From Dehalococcoidia bacterium (GTDB lineage Bacteria; Chloroflexota; Dehalococcoidia; GIF9; AB-539-J10), in assembly GCA_016930935.1 (NCBI GenBank), contig JAFGFT010000049.1, positions 2,184 through 66,183 on the forward strand: a stretch of DNA of 64,000 bases. Direction: 5' to 3'. Each line of letters starts with the position of its first letter. Positions within the stretch are counted from its first letter, which is position 1. This document shows, piece by piece, positions 36,623 to 44,838 of this stretch. A program made the translations under genes and the position numbers. The notes under the pieces were generated by a model that was not told the origin of the DNA, did not search any database, and saw only the letters and a list, made by a program, of their open reading frames with translations.

Positions 36623-37909
36623 CTAGTCCGTCGCGTCACGGACCATGCGGACGTAGTTGTAGATTCGTATGGCGTCGCCCTGCGGGCCGCGGCCCTCAGG
36701 GAAATCTGATGGATCTCCGATCTTGGGGTCGCTGCGCTGGCAGCCTGCGCCGTGGACATCTGTCCACTCGCCATCCATGTAGCCCAGCGCGCGTCCGAAT
36801 GCTACGTACACGGCGCTGCTGCCGGGAAGCTGAGTGAAGTTTGCGTGCGTCGTGCTGCTCCAGTACCACGGATAGTCTATCTGTCCTGCCTCGTTGGTGA
36901 TGACTGATGTGGTGAACATTGGGTCAGCGGCTCCAAAGTTGGCGGTGTCTGGCGAGCGCGTGTAGTCAACGATGCTCTGTAGCTCCTTGGCGTTGGGCAA
37001 TCTCCAATCGGCGTGGCCATGGTACGATTCCTCGTTCTTCTGTTGCACGAAATCCAGCGCCTCCCGCCAGTTCAGTCCGGCCCCGCTGTCGTCCTGTGAC
37101 CACATCAGATTTGTTGCGTGGTCCGTGATGGTGCCATTTCCATTGTTTTCGAAGTCATTCTCTCCGTAGCCAGGCGTACCTCGCACTGCGATGACAAAGA
37201 AAGTCTTGTCAGCCCCATGAAGCGTCATCCCGTAGCCCTTGATGCGGCCATCGGCAAAGTTCACACCAAACAGGAGCTGCTCTTCGCTGCTCACCGGATC
37301 GGGTGCGTAGAACGTGCTCGACGCGTACTGTGAGTCGATGATGCGCTCGTTGGCGCCTGTATCGCCGTACGCGAAGTCGAAGTGGTCCGTGTCGATGAAG
37401 GGTACGAGATTCGATGTGTCGCTTTCCTCGTAGCCGCTCGGATCGGTGCCGCTGAACTGAATCAGCGAATACATTTCCTTGATAGTGGGAAGTCTCCAGT
37501 CATGCTGTCCCGCCAGCGTCAACCCGCTGCAATACGTCTCTGCTTCGTCAATCGTGAGCTTGTCTGTGGCGTCAATGGTGCCATCTCCATTGGTGTCCGG
37601 GCTGCGTTGCCATATGAGCCCTGTGACGTTGTCGGTGGTCGTGCCATCGCCATTATCGGTGTAGGAAGGTTCGTTGCCGGCGTACTGCGCATCCTGGCCG
37701 TAGAAAGCTGCTCCGGGAGAGGGACAGGATATCTCAGTTCCTTCGTCGTAGCATGCGGTCTGACCTGTGTCCACCACGGGATAACCTGAATCAGTCACTC
37801 TTGAAGAACTGCCACTGTCGCAGCCAAAGGCGAGCACAGAAGCAAGGATCATGGCAGTTGTCAGCATTCGTGCTGTACACGAAGATGAAGACTTGTGCGT
37901 GTTCGTCAT
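36623..37909 (-). CDS. lipoprotein with DUF1566 (Lcl C-terminal)-like domains
   Basis: Start moved to ATG 37909. Lipobox LAFGC. GLIWQR, WRLPTIKEM, WRLPNAKEL motifs; Asp-rich DxDGDG stretches. Confidence 0.7.
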   Translation of the reverse strand: MTNTHKSSSSCTARMLTTAMILASVLAFGCDSGSSSRVTDSGYPVVDTGQTACYDEGTEISCPSPGAAFYGQDAQYAGNEPSYTDNGDGTTTDNVTGLIWQRSPDTNGDGTIDATDKLTIDEAETYCSGLTLAGQHDWRLPTIKEMYSLIQFSGTDPSGYEESDTSNLVPFIDTDHFDFAYGDTGANERIIDSQYASSTFYAPDPVSSEEQLLFGVNFADGRIKGYGMTLHGADKTFFVIAVRGTPGYGENDFENNGNGTITDHATNLMWSQDDSGAGLNWREALDFVQQKNEESYHGHADWRLPNAKELQSIVDYTRSPDTANFGAADPMFTTSVITNEAGQIDYPWYWSSTTHANFTQLPGSSAVYVAFGRALGYMDGEWTDVHGAGCQRSDPKIGDPSDFPEGRGPQGDAIRIYNYVRMVRDATD

Positions 37910-37929
37910 GGAAAGCGTCACATGACTGT

Positions 37930-38157
37930 CTACTCGGGTGACTCTGGAGTTTTCAGGTATCTTCTGACAAGGAATACTGCGAGGCCGATGAGTGCCACGC
38001 CTTCGATGACGAGAAGCGCGAAGATTGATTGTGAAGGATTGGTCATCCTTGCTGCCACCACCATACATACAATGCCGGCAATAGCCGGTGAGCACCGCAC
38101 CGCGATGTCCTTTCGAAAGCTGCTAGCCGTGTTTGTCACGGGAACCTCCGCACTCAT
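37930..38157 (-). CDS. possible small 2-TM membrane protein
   Basis: 75 aa, two hydrophobic segments. Lies 20 nt upstream of the DUF1566 lipoprotein gene on the same strand. No clear SD. Confidence 0.3.
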   Translation of the reverse strand: MSAEVPVTNTASSFRKDIAVRCSPAIAGIVCMVVAARMTNPSQSIFALLVIEGVALIGLAVFLVRRYLKTPESPE

Positions 38158-38242
38158 TTTGCAGCGAGTCTACGTCGGAAAACGGTGCGACGCAAATGAC
38201 AGCCGTGGAACCGTGCAGGCACCGATGGCTGTGATAGATTTC

Positions 38243-38812
38243 TCAGTCATCCTGTATTTCCACGTCTTCCTGTTCTCTCATCTTCTCATGCTCTTCGCGC
38301 GTCATTCTGAACATCCTGCCGTGTACGGCCCACACCGGGTACGGCCCGATTCCCATGTCGGTCATTCCAGCGCGGCGGGCTACACCCGGACTGTGTGGAT
38401 TGTCAGGACTCATATAGGCGCGAATCTCCGACACGGAAGAGCGCTGGAAACAATGCCGGATGAGCAGCGTTGTGGCTTCCGTGGCGTATCCATGTTTCCA
38501 GAAGCGCGGTAGCAGGCTGTAGTAGCATTCCCAGATGCCGCCCGCGGATACCTCCGAGACGCCGCAGGAACCTATCCACGGGCCGTCTCTGAGGGTGATT
38601 GCGTACGAATGAATGGGATGGTTACCGGCGTACGAGTCGATCACTGCCTGCAGCAGCATGCGCGCGCCATCCGCAGTTTTCTGCTCGTCGGTGAACATCA
38701 GGTAGCGAACAGCGTCTTCGCTCTGCATGAAGTCGACGAACGCCGCTTCATCCTGTGATGTGAAGGGGCGAATGACGAGTCGAGGTGTCTCTATTCCCTG
38801 AATCAGTTTCAA
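38243..38812 (-). CDS. GNAT N-acetyltransferase (RimJ/RimL-like)
   Basis: TTG start 7 nt after AAGGAG. TPRLVIRPF N-terminal motif; WKHGYATEA motif A region. Confidence 0.8.
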   Translation of the reverse strand: MKLIQGIETPRLVIRPFTSQDEAAFVDFMQSEDAVRYLMFTDEQKTADGARMLLQAVIDSYAGNHPIHSYAITLRDGPWIGSCGVSEVSAGGIWECYYSLLPRFWKHGYATEATTLLIRHCFQRSSVSEIRAYMSPDNPHSPGVARRAGMTDMGIGPYPVWAVHGRMFRMTREEHEKMREQEDVEIQDD

Positions 38813-38965
38813 CGCTCTTCTCCTTCATCTTCAGTTGCACACTATCGATTGAAGCAGAAATCGGAACACAATGAAAACGACTCATGTTGTGCGTGAGAGA
38901 GACTGCCTGTGTACAATCGCCATTGGGCTGGAAACAAGGCAGCGATTCTTCCCTGGAGGATTGAC

Positions 38966-39505
38966 ATGAAGGTACTGGGAATCTGCGGTTCACCGCGGAA
39001 AGGAAACACGGAGTGGATGCTTGGCAGGGTTCTTGAGTCCGCAAAGGCCGAGGGGGCAGATGTGGAGCTTCTGTTGCTGCGGAACAAGGATATCGAGCTG
39101 TGCAAGGGGTGTATGACATGTGAAGCAGCGGGATCCGGCAATCCGGGTGTGTGTGTAATAAAAGACGACATGGAACCGATTCTGCGCGACATGCTTGCGG
39201 CAGATGCGTTCGTGTTTGGTACTCCCGTCTATTTCTACATGCTCTCCGGCCTTCTGAAGAACTTCATGGATCGAACGATACCGGTCTGGCCAATGCTCAA
39301 GGGAAAGAGGGCGGCAGGTGTGGCAGTTGCCGCGGACACTCTCGCGCTCGCTATCGACAACATTCGAACATACTCAGACCTGCTCCAGTTGGAATGGGTT
39401 GGAGAGGTGGCAGCCATTGCCCGTGACCCTGGGGAAGTGGCGAAGAACGATGAAGTGGCAGCGATGCTGACGGCACTTGGCCGCGACCTCGCTGCGTGCA
39501 GATAG
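38966..39505 (+). CDS. NADPH-dependent FMN reductase / iron-sulfur flavoprotein-like
   Basis: Start moved to ATG 38966 behind GGAGGA. Motifs MKVLGICGSPRKGNT and CKGCMTCE. Confidence 0.8.
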   Translation: MKVLGICGSPRKGNTEWMLGRVLESAKAEGADVELLLLRNKDIELCKGCMTCEAAGSGNPGVCVIKDDMEPILRDMLAADAFVFGTPVYFYMLSGLLKNFMDRTIPVWPMLKGKRAAGVAVAADTLALAIDNIRTYSDLLQLEWVGEVAAIARDPGEVAKNDEVAAMLTALGRDLAACR

Positions 39506-39636
39506 CGAACTTCTTGGCTGTTACCCTGCGGGAGTCCACGGTAGAGGCTCCAGGCCCGCCGAGGTGCGTGAAGCTGTACCGCGCAATGACGATTCTGTTG
39601 AATTCAGCGTGCTGAAGAAAGAAGGAGTGGAAGGCT

Positions 39637-40428
39637 GTGGCCATTACGATAGAGACCATCAACCGCATCTCCGGCGAACTCATTCAGGCGGAACAGGTGC
39701 GGAAACCCCTGACATCTTCCGCGTCGTCACGATATCCTGAATTGACACAGGACGATGGGTATGCAATCCAGTTTGCCACCCTTGAGACAAGGCTTGCGGC
39801 CGGTGCCAGGGTAATTGGCGCGAAGGCAGCTTTCACAAGCAAGGCGACACAGCAGCCCTATGGCGTCCATGAGCCCGTTGCGGGACTATTGCTGGACACC
39901 ATCTTTCTTGCGGATGGTGCTGACATAGAGTTCAGTGCATTGATTGCGCCGCGAATCGAGGCGGAAATCGCGTTTGTACTTGATGAAGAATTGCGGGGAC
40001 CCTGTGTGAATGCAAGTCGTGCACTTGCAGCTGTCGCAGGCGTGAGACCTGCCCTGGAGATTGTTGACTGCCGCTTCGAGGGCTGGAAGGTCAAGGCAAC
40101 CGACGTGGCGGCAGACAGTGCGTGCGGAAGCAGAGTGGTGGTGGGAGGTGATATTACGCCCATCGGGGATATGAATCTCAGGCTGCTGGGCGTCATCATA
40201 GAGAAGAACGGCGAACTGGTGTCAACAGGTGCGGGTGCCGCGGCACTGGGGAATCCCGTGGATGTGCTTGTGTGGCTTGCGAACAAGCTTGCCGAATTCG
40301 GCAGAAGCCTTCAGAAGGGTGACACGGTGATTACCGGTTGCCTTGTGCCGGCAGAGCCGTTCATGCGTGGTGACTCATTCACCGCATCTTTCGACCGCCT
40401 GGGCTCCGTCTCGGCCAGGATTGTCTGA
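39637..40428 (+). CDS. 2-keto-4-pentenoate hydratase family (MhpD/HpcG-like)
   Basis: GTG start behind GAAGGAG. GAKAAFTSKATQ, PRIEAEIAFVL, and GDTVITG at the C-terminus. Confidence 0.8.
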   Translation: MAITIETINRISGELIQAEQVRKPLTSSASSRYPELTQDDGYAIQFATLETRLAAGARVIGAKAAFTSKATQQPYGVHEPVAGLLLDTIFLADGADIEFSALIAPRIEAEIAFVLDEELRGPCVNASRALAAVAGVRPALEIVDCRFEGWKVKATDVAADSACGSRVVVGGDITPIGDMNLRLLGVIIEKNGELVSTGAGAAALGNPVDVLVWLANKLAEFGRSLQKGDTVITGCLVPAEPFMRGDSFTASFDRLGSVSARIV

Positions 40429-40657
40429 GGACTGCATTGTGAGGATGTCCCACAGTGTGCGTGCTTCGTATATGGCCCCCTTCTTGGCGCAAGGCGTTGC
40501 TGACTTTCAGTCCTTTGTGTACGCACAACCTGCGGTCACGGCCTGCTAGAATGTAGCTGGCACCTTGTGACCGCGCTCCCGCGTGTTCGCTGTCTGCTTC
40601 GGGCGAAGAATCGAGAGTGTGACAGCAGGGGATTGAACTGGGAAAGGGGAAACAGAA

Positions 40658-41419
40658 GTGAAGATTGCACACGTTTCAGACCTGCATTTCGGCAGCTTGA
40701 ACCACATTCCGGAGTGGGCGGACACCGTCCGCGAGATGCTCGACGAGATGTCGCCCGACATCCTGGTCATCACGGGGGACCTGACGATGGACGGCTACGA
40801 GCATGAGTTCAAGGAAGCTTCTGCGTACATGGCGCGGTTGAAGTGTGGGAAGATGCTGGTGGTGCCGGGCAACCACGATGCGAGGAACGAAGGGTTTACG
40901 ATGTTCGAGGAACTCTTTGGCACCAGATTCCCGTTGGTGGAAACCGATGAGGTTGTGATACAGGGAATCGATTCAACCGAGCCTGACCTCGATGCAGGGC
41001 ACATCGGGCGAGAGAACTACAAGCTCATCAGTGATGCAGGTGCTGTCAAGAACAAAGTACGTATTCTTGCCATCCATCACCACCTCATTCCTATTCCCGG
41101 CACGGGTAGAGAGCGGCACATACCCGTCGATGCGGGAGATGCACTGTTCACTGTTGTCTCATCCGGCATCAATTTTGTGTTGTCAGGGCACAAGCACCTG
41201 CCGTGGGCATGGCGCCTCCAGGATACGTATTTCGTGACGGCAGGAACGGCAACATCACGCAGACTCAGGGGCAAGAGGTATCCTTCGTTCAATGTACTTG
41301 ATATTCAAGGGGATGTTGCGACACTGAGCCAGGTGAATGTGTCTGACCGCAGCACGAAGGCACACATGGTTGTGAGCAATCTTCTGAGCCGGACGGCAAC
41401 TGACTTCTCGTTTGTGTAG
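40658..41419 (+). CDS. metallophosphoesterase
   Basis: GTG start. Motifs HVSDLHFG, ITGDLT, GNHD, IHHH, GHKH. Confidence 0.85.
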   Translation: MKIAHVSDLHFGSLNHIPEWADTVREMLDEMSPDILVITGDLTMDGYEHEFKEASAYMARLKCGKMLVVPGNHDARNEGFTMFEELFGTRFPLVETDEVVIQGIDSTEPDLDAGHIGRENYKLISDAGAVKNKVRILAIHHHLIPIPGTGRERHIPVDAGDALFTVVSSGINFVLSGHKHLPWAWRLQDTYFVTAGTATSRRLRGKRYPSFNVLDIQGDVATLSQVNVSDRSTKAHMVVSNLLSRTATDFSFV

Positions 41420-41481
41420 TGCGGCAAGACGGCCCCCCGACTGGAAGTGCTGAGCGTGTCCGCAGACGTGAGGCAGGAGCA

Positions 41482-42813
41482 CTACGCGAGCCATCCGAGA
41501 AGCAGTATGGCCAGCACTGCCAGTGGTAGATAGCGGCCCACTCCTATCATCCATCCTGCCGAGCAGAGGGCCGGTCCGAAACGGCGCACAGGCGCGTTCA
41601 TGGCATCGAACAGTTCATTTCGCGGTAGTAGCCACGCGATGAGCGCAGTTCCGGCCACTCCTGCGACGATGACTATCCCTGACCCAGTGGCGAGGTCGAT
41701 GAAGTCAAGGAATGGTATGCCGTTCACCAGCAGACCGCAGCCGCAGAAACTGAGTGCTGACGGAATTCCCAGCACCACCGTCACGGCAACGGCGATGAAG
41801 GCGGCTTTCTTCTGAGGCAAATGCAGTTCATCGCGTATCGGCGCAAGAATGACGACCAGACCTCCCACGCAAGAACTGAAGGCTGCTGCGAACAGTAGCA
41901 GGTAGAATGATATGCCGATTATCACTCCTCCGCCGATTGAACTGAATACCTGTGGAAAGGCGGTGAAAGAGAGCGCGCTGCCGACGTCAGGGGCGATACC
42001 GAACGTGAACACGATTGGGAATATCATCAAACCTGCGATGATTGATATCGTGGAATTGGTGAGGGCTACGGCAGTGGAAGACGTGACCACGTTCACATTC
42101 TTCGGTACGTAGCTTCCGTAGGTGATGAGCATGCCCTGGCCTATGGCGAGGGAGTAGAACGCCTGAGACGCGGCCATACGCCACAGATGCGGTTGAAGCA
42201 GCGCCCCCGGTTCGAATTGCAGGTAGAATTCCCTTGCCTCCTGTGTACCCGGCAAAGTCTGCGCATAGACGGCTAATCCTCCTACGATGACTACCAGCAT
42301 TGGTAGCAGCACTCTGCCGGTCGTCTCCAACCCGCGAATCCCGCGCAATAGCACGAGGAGACACATCGCTCCGATAGCGAGCAGGTACCAGAGTGAGTTG
42401 TATCCGGACGTGAACTCATCAAAAGCCTGTAGTTGTCCTCTGACCGCGTCTAACGCATAGCCCAACGTCCAGCCACTTATCACGAGGTAGTAGCTCATGA
42501 TGGCGACGAGCATCGCGACAAGAAACCATCCTGCCAATCCGCCCCAACGCGAGTTTATGTAGCGGAACAGGCCGACGGGGCCACGGTCTACGAGGTTTCC
42601 AGCGCTTGCCTCAAGAACGCTCATCGGGATGCCGACAGCGAGTATGCAGATGATGTAGGCGAGGACAAAACTGCCTCCGCCGTTCTGTCCGGCCATGTAG
42701 GGGAACCGCCAGATGTTGCCCAGGCCGACTACTCCGGCGACAGAGGCAAGGATGTAGCTTCGCTGTGATTTCCAGAAAGGACGTGTGGGAGCACCTGCGG
42801 CAACATGTGCCAT
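41482..42813 (-). CDS. sodium:neurotransmitter symporter (SNF) family transporter
   Basis: GLGNIWRFPY signature, about 11-12 TM. Start set at ATG 42813; GTG 42885 is also possible. Confidence 0.85.
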   Translation of the reverse strand: MAHVAAGAPTRPFWKSQRSYILASVAGVVGLGNIWRFPYMAGQNGGGSFVLAYIICILAVGIPMSVLEASAGNLVDRGPVGLFRYINSRWGGLAGWFLVAMLVAIMSYYLVISGWTLGYALDAVRGQLQAFDEFTSGYNSLWYLLAIGAMCLLVLLRGIRGLETTGRVLLPMLVVIVGGLAVYAQTLPGTQEAREFYLQFEPGALLQPHLWRMAASQAFYSLAIGQGMLITYGSYVPKNVNVVTSSTAVALTNSTISIIAGLMIFPIVFTFGIAPDVGSALSFTAFPQVFSSIGGGVIIGISFYLLLFAAAFSSCVGGLVVILAPIRDELHLPQKKAAFIAVAVTVVLGIPSALSFCGCGLLVNGIPFLDFIDLATGSGIVIVAGVAGTALIAWLLPRNELFDAMNAPVRRFGPALCSAGWMIGVGRYLPLAVLAILLLGWLA

Positions 42814-42999
42814 CTCTGAGGTGCCATGAGGACTCACTGTGGCCGGGGGTTCAGTATGGTTTGCCACGAGCGGAAACCTTATCACACAAGCCTGTGCGCA
42901 GGGAACTACGCGTGTGATTTTCCTGCACGCAGGGTGACTGAATCATCGATATTTTCAAGGAAATACTGTCAGAAAATAGTTTGTGCGAACAAAGTAAAC

Positions 43000-43028
43000 T
43001 TGACATGGAATGTGAGATTCCATACAAT
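43000..43028 (+). promoter_or_regulatory. consensus sigma70-type promoter with operator-like dyad in the spacer
   Basis: TTGACA (43000-43005), exactly 17 nt, TACAAT (43023-43028). The spacer is TGGAAT-GTGAG-ATTCCA, a perfect 6-bp inverted repeat (7 bp if ATGGAAT/ATTCCAT is counted). Confidence 0.65.
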
Positions 43029-43095
43029 CCTCTCAGAAGGATTTGAGAAGCTCGTCGGGCAGAAGAGAGAGGTTGCGCGTGGAGGGAATGAGAAG

Positions 43096-43416
43096 ATGCG
43101 GGAGCCTGAGAGCAGGTTGCGGACGGAGGATGAAGGCAGAGGTGAGGATAGGGGCAAGTATGTGATGTCGGTTGCGGTTGGGATGACCGGTGTGGAGGCA
43201 TACAGGATTCGGAGGTATGAGGAGGCAGGGCTGTTAAGGCCTGCCAGGAGCAGCGGTGGAAGGAGACTGTTGTCGGATGAGGACATCTGCCTCGTTCGCG
43301 ATGCTGCGAAGCTCGAAAGTGAGGGTGTGAATCTGACGGGAATCAAGGTGATTCTCAGGATGAGGAGAGTGGACGGAGTGGTGCCCGACGAGCCTCGCGA
43401 GAATGGTGGTGGATGA
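43096..43416 (+). CDS. MerR-family heat-shock regulator, HspR-like
   Basis: Start moved to ATG 43096, 9 nt after GGAGGG. YRIRRYEEAGLLRPARSSGGRRLLSDEDI is a MerR HTH. Directly precedes the hsp20 genes. Confidence 0.7.
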   Translation: MREPESRLRTEDEGRGEDRGKYVMSVAVGMTGVEAYRIRRYEEAGLLRPARSSGGRRLLSDEDICLVRDAAKLESEGVNLTGIKVILRMRRVDGVVPDEPRENGGG

Positions 43417-43492
43417 GGATGTGTTGTTCCAAGTACAGATGAAGTCTCTTGAAGACAGTCGAACGGAAGGAATTGGAAAGAGGAGGCAGCAA

Positions 43493-43954
43493 ATGGCAAA
43501 TCGATTCTGGGATTCTTACGCGGATAGTCTGAGTTTAAGGGATGCAATGGATAGGTTGCTCGAGCACAGCGTGGTTCGTCCACAGGCACTTGCTTCAGGT
43601 TCGACCGGTGGTAGTGCGAAAGTGATGCCCATAGATGTGTTCGAGAAGGATTCTGACTACATGATCAGGGCCTATCTTCCCGGCGTGAAAGCGGAAGATG
43701 TGGATATCAGTGCTGAGCGAGAGGTTGTGACCATCAAGGCTCACATTCCGGGAGAAGCAGAGAGGGAAGAGTCCGGGAACTACAGGTGGATTGTGGGCGA
43801 ATTGGGCTATGGTGATGTGGTGAGGACGGTGAGGTTGCCCGTGCCGGTGAACGGCAGCGCTATCGAGGCGGGTATGGCGGAGGGTGTATTGACGCTCACG
43901 GTGCCCAAGACCGAGGAGGCAAAGCCTCGAAAGATTGCCGTCGTGGCGAAGTAG
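43493..43954 (+). CDS. Hsp20/alpha-crystallin small heat-shock protein
   Basis: Start moved to ATG 43493 behind AGGAGG. Alpha-crystallin domain with AEGVLTLTVPK. Confidence 0.9.
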   Translation: MANRFWDSYADSLSLRDAMDRLLEHSVVRPQALASGSTGGSAKVMPIDVFEKDSDYMIRAYLPGVKAEDVDISAEREVVTIKAHIPGEAEREESGNYRWIVGELGYGDVVRTVRLPVPVNGSAIEAGMAEGVLTLTVPKTEEAKPRKIAVVAK

Positions 43955-44146
43955 GGTGAATGCGGCGGCTTTCCCCCGATTCCAATTGTACCGAACGAAG
44001 CGGCCCGTTCCTGAGCAGAGTTCCAGAGAAGAGGGGATATCCGGGATGCAGGGCCGCAGGATTCGGGGTAGGAGCAGAACAAGAGGAATACCTGCAGATG
44101 TGAACGTGGTGGTATCAGGTAGTGTGGAGATAGGAGGTGCGAGACA

Positions 44147-44686
44147 ATGGCAAATCTGATCAGGTGGGAACCGATGGGAATTACGAGTCTGAGACAGGCG
44201 ATGGACGGGTTGCTGGAGGATGCAGTTGTCAGGCCTTCTCGTGCATGGCAGGCCATGAAGCTGGATGAGTTTGCCGTGGACATGTATCAGACCGAAAATG
44301 AAGTGGTTGTGAAGGCACAGTTGCCTGGCATCAAGGCGGAAGATGTGGACATCTCCGTATTGGGCGACATTCTCAGCATCAAGGGAGAATCGTGCGAGGA
44401 GGAGCAGGTCAAGGAGGAGAGTTACTTCAGGAAGGAGATGCGTTGCGGCTCTTTCAGCAGGTCACTGCAGATACCGGTCCCTGTAAGTGTTGACGGTGCC
44501 GAGGCTGTCTTCCAGAATGGGGTGCTCACGTTGACACTGCCCAAGACAGAGGTTGTGAAGCCGAAGCAAGTCCAGGTGAAAACAGCCAAGGAAGCCCCTG
44601 CTGCTGCGAAGCCAGTAACGGAGAAATCCGCCGCGAAGCCGAAGAAGGCAAAGCCGAAGCAGTCAAGCAGTGAGAAGAAGGCATAG
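44147..44686 (+). CDS. Hsp20/alpha-crystallin small heat-shock protein with Lys/Ala/Pro-rich tail
   Basis: TAGGAGGTG SD. Motifs DMYQTENEVVVKAQLPG and QNGVLTLTLPK. Confidence 0.9.
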   Translation: MANLIRWEPMGITSLRQAMDGLLEDAVVRPSRAWQAMKLDEFAVDMYQTENEVVVKAQLPGIKAEDVDISVLGDILSIKGESCEEEQVKEESYFRKEMRCGSFSRSLQIPVPVSVDGAEAVFQNGVLTLTLPKTEVVKPKQVQVKTAKEAPAAAKPVTEKSAAKPKKAKPKQSSSEKKA

Positions 44687-44754
44687 ACAGGACTACAGAC
44701 CTTCGGCCCTTGTGGGTATTCCCGCGTGAATAATGCACGCACACCATAGAGAGG

Positions 44755-44793
44755 CGTCCCTTCCGATAGGAGGGACGACTTCTTTTTTCTTTG
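44755..44793 (+). terminator. intrinsic terminator of the hsp operon
   Basis: CGTCCCT ... AGGGACG stem followed by ACTTCTTTTTTCTTTG. Confidence 0.8.
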
Positions 44794-44838
44794 ATTTGTG
44801 GTGGACGACGGAACGTGTCGTGACTCCGGGGTGGAGGG

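Noticed and set aside
43000-43028. HAIR or CIRCE operator in the hsp promoter
   Set aside because: The dyad TGGAAT-N5-ATTCCA matches neither CTTGAGT-N7-ACTCAAG nor the CIRCE consensus, so it is reported as a distinct candidate operator.
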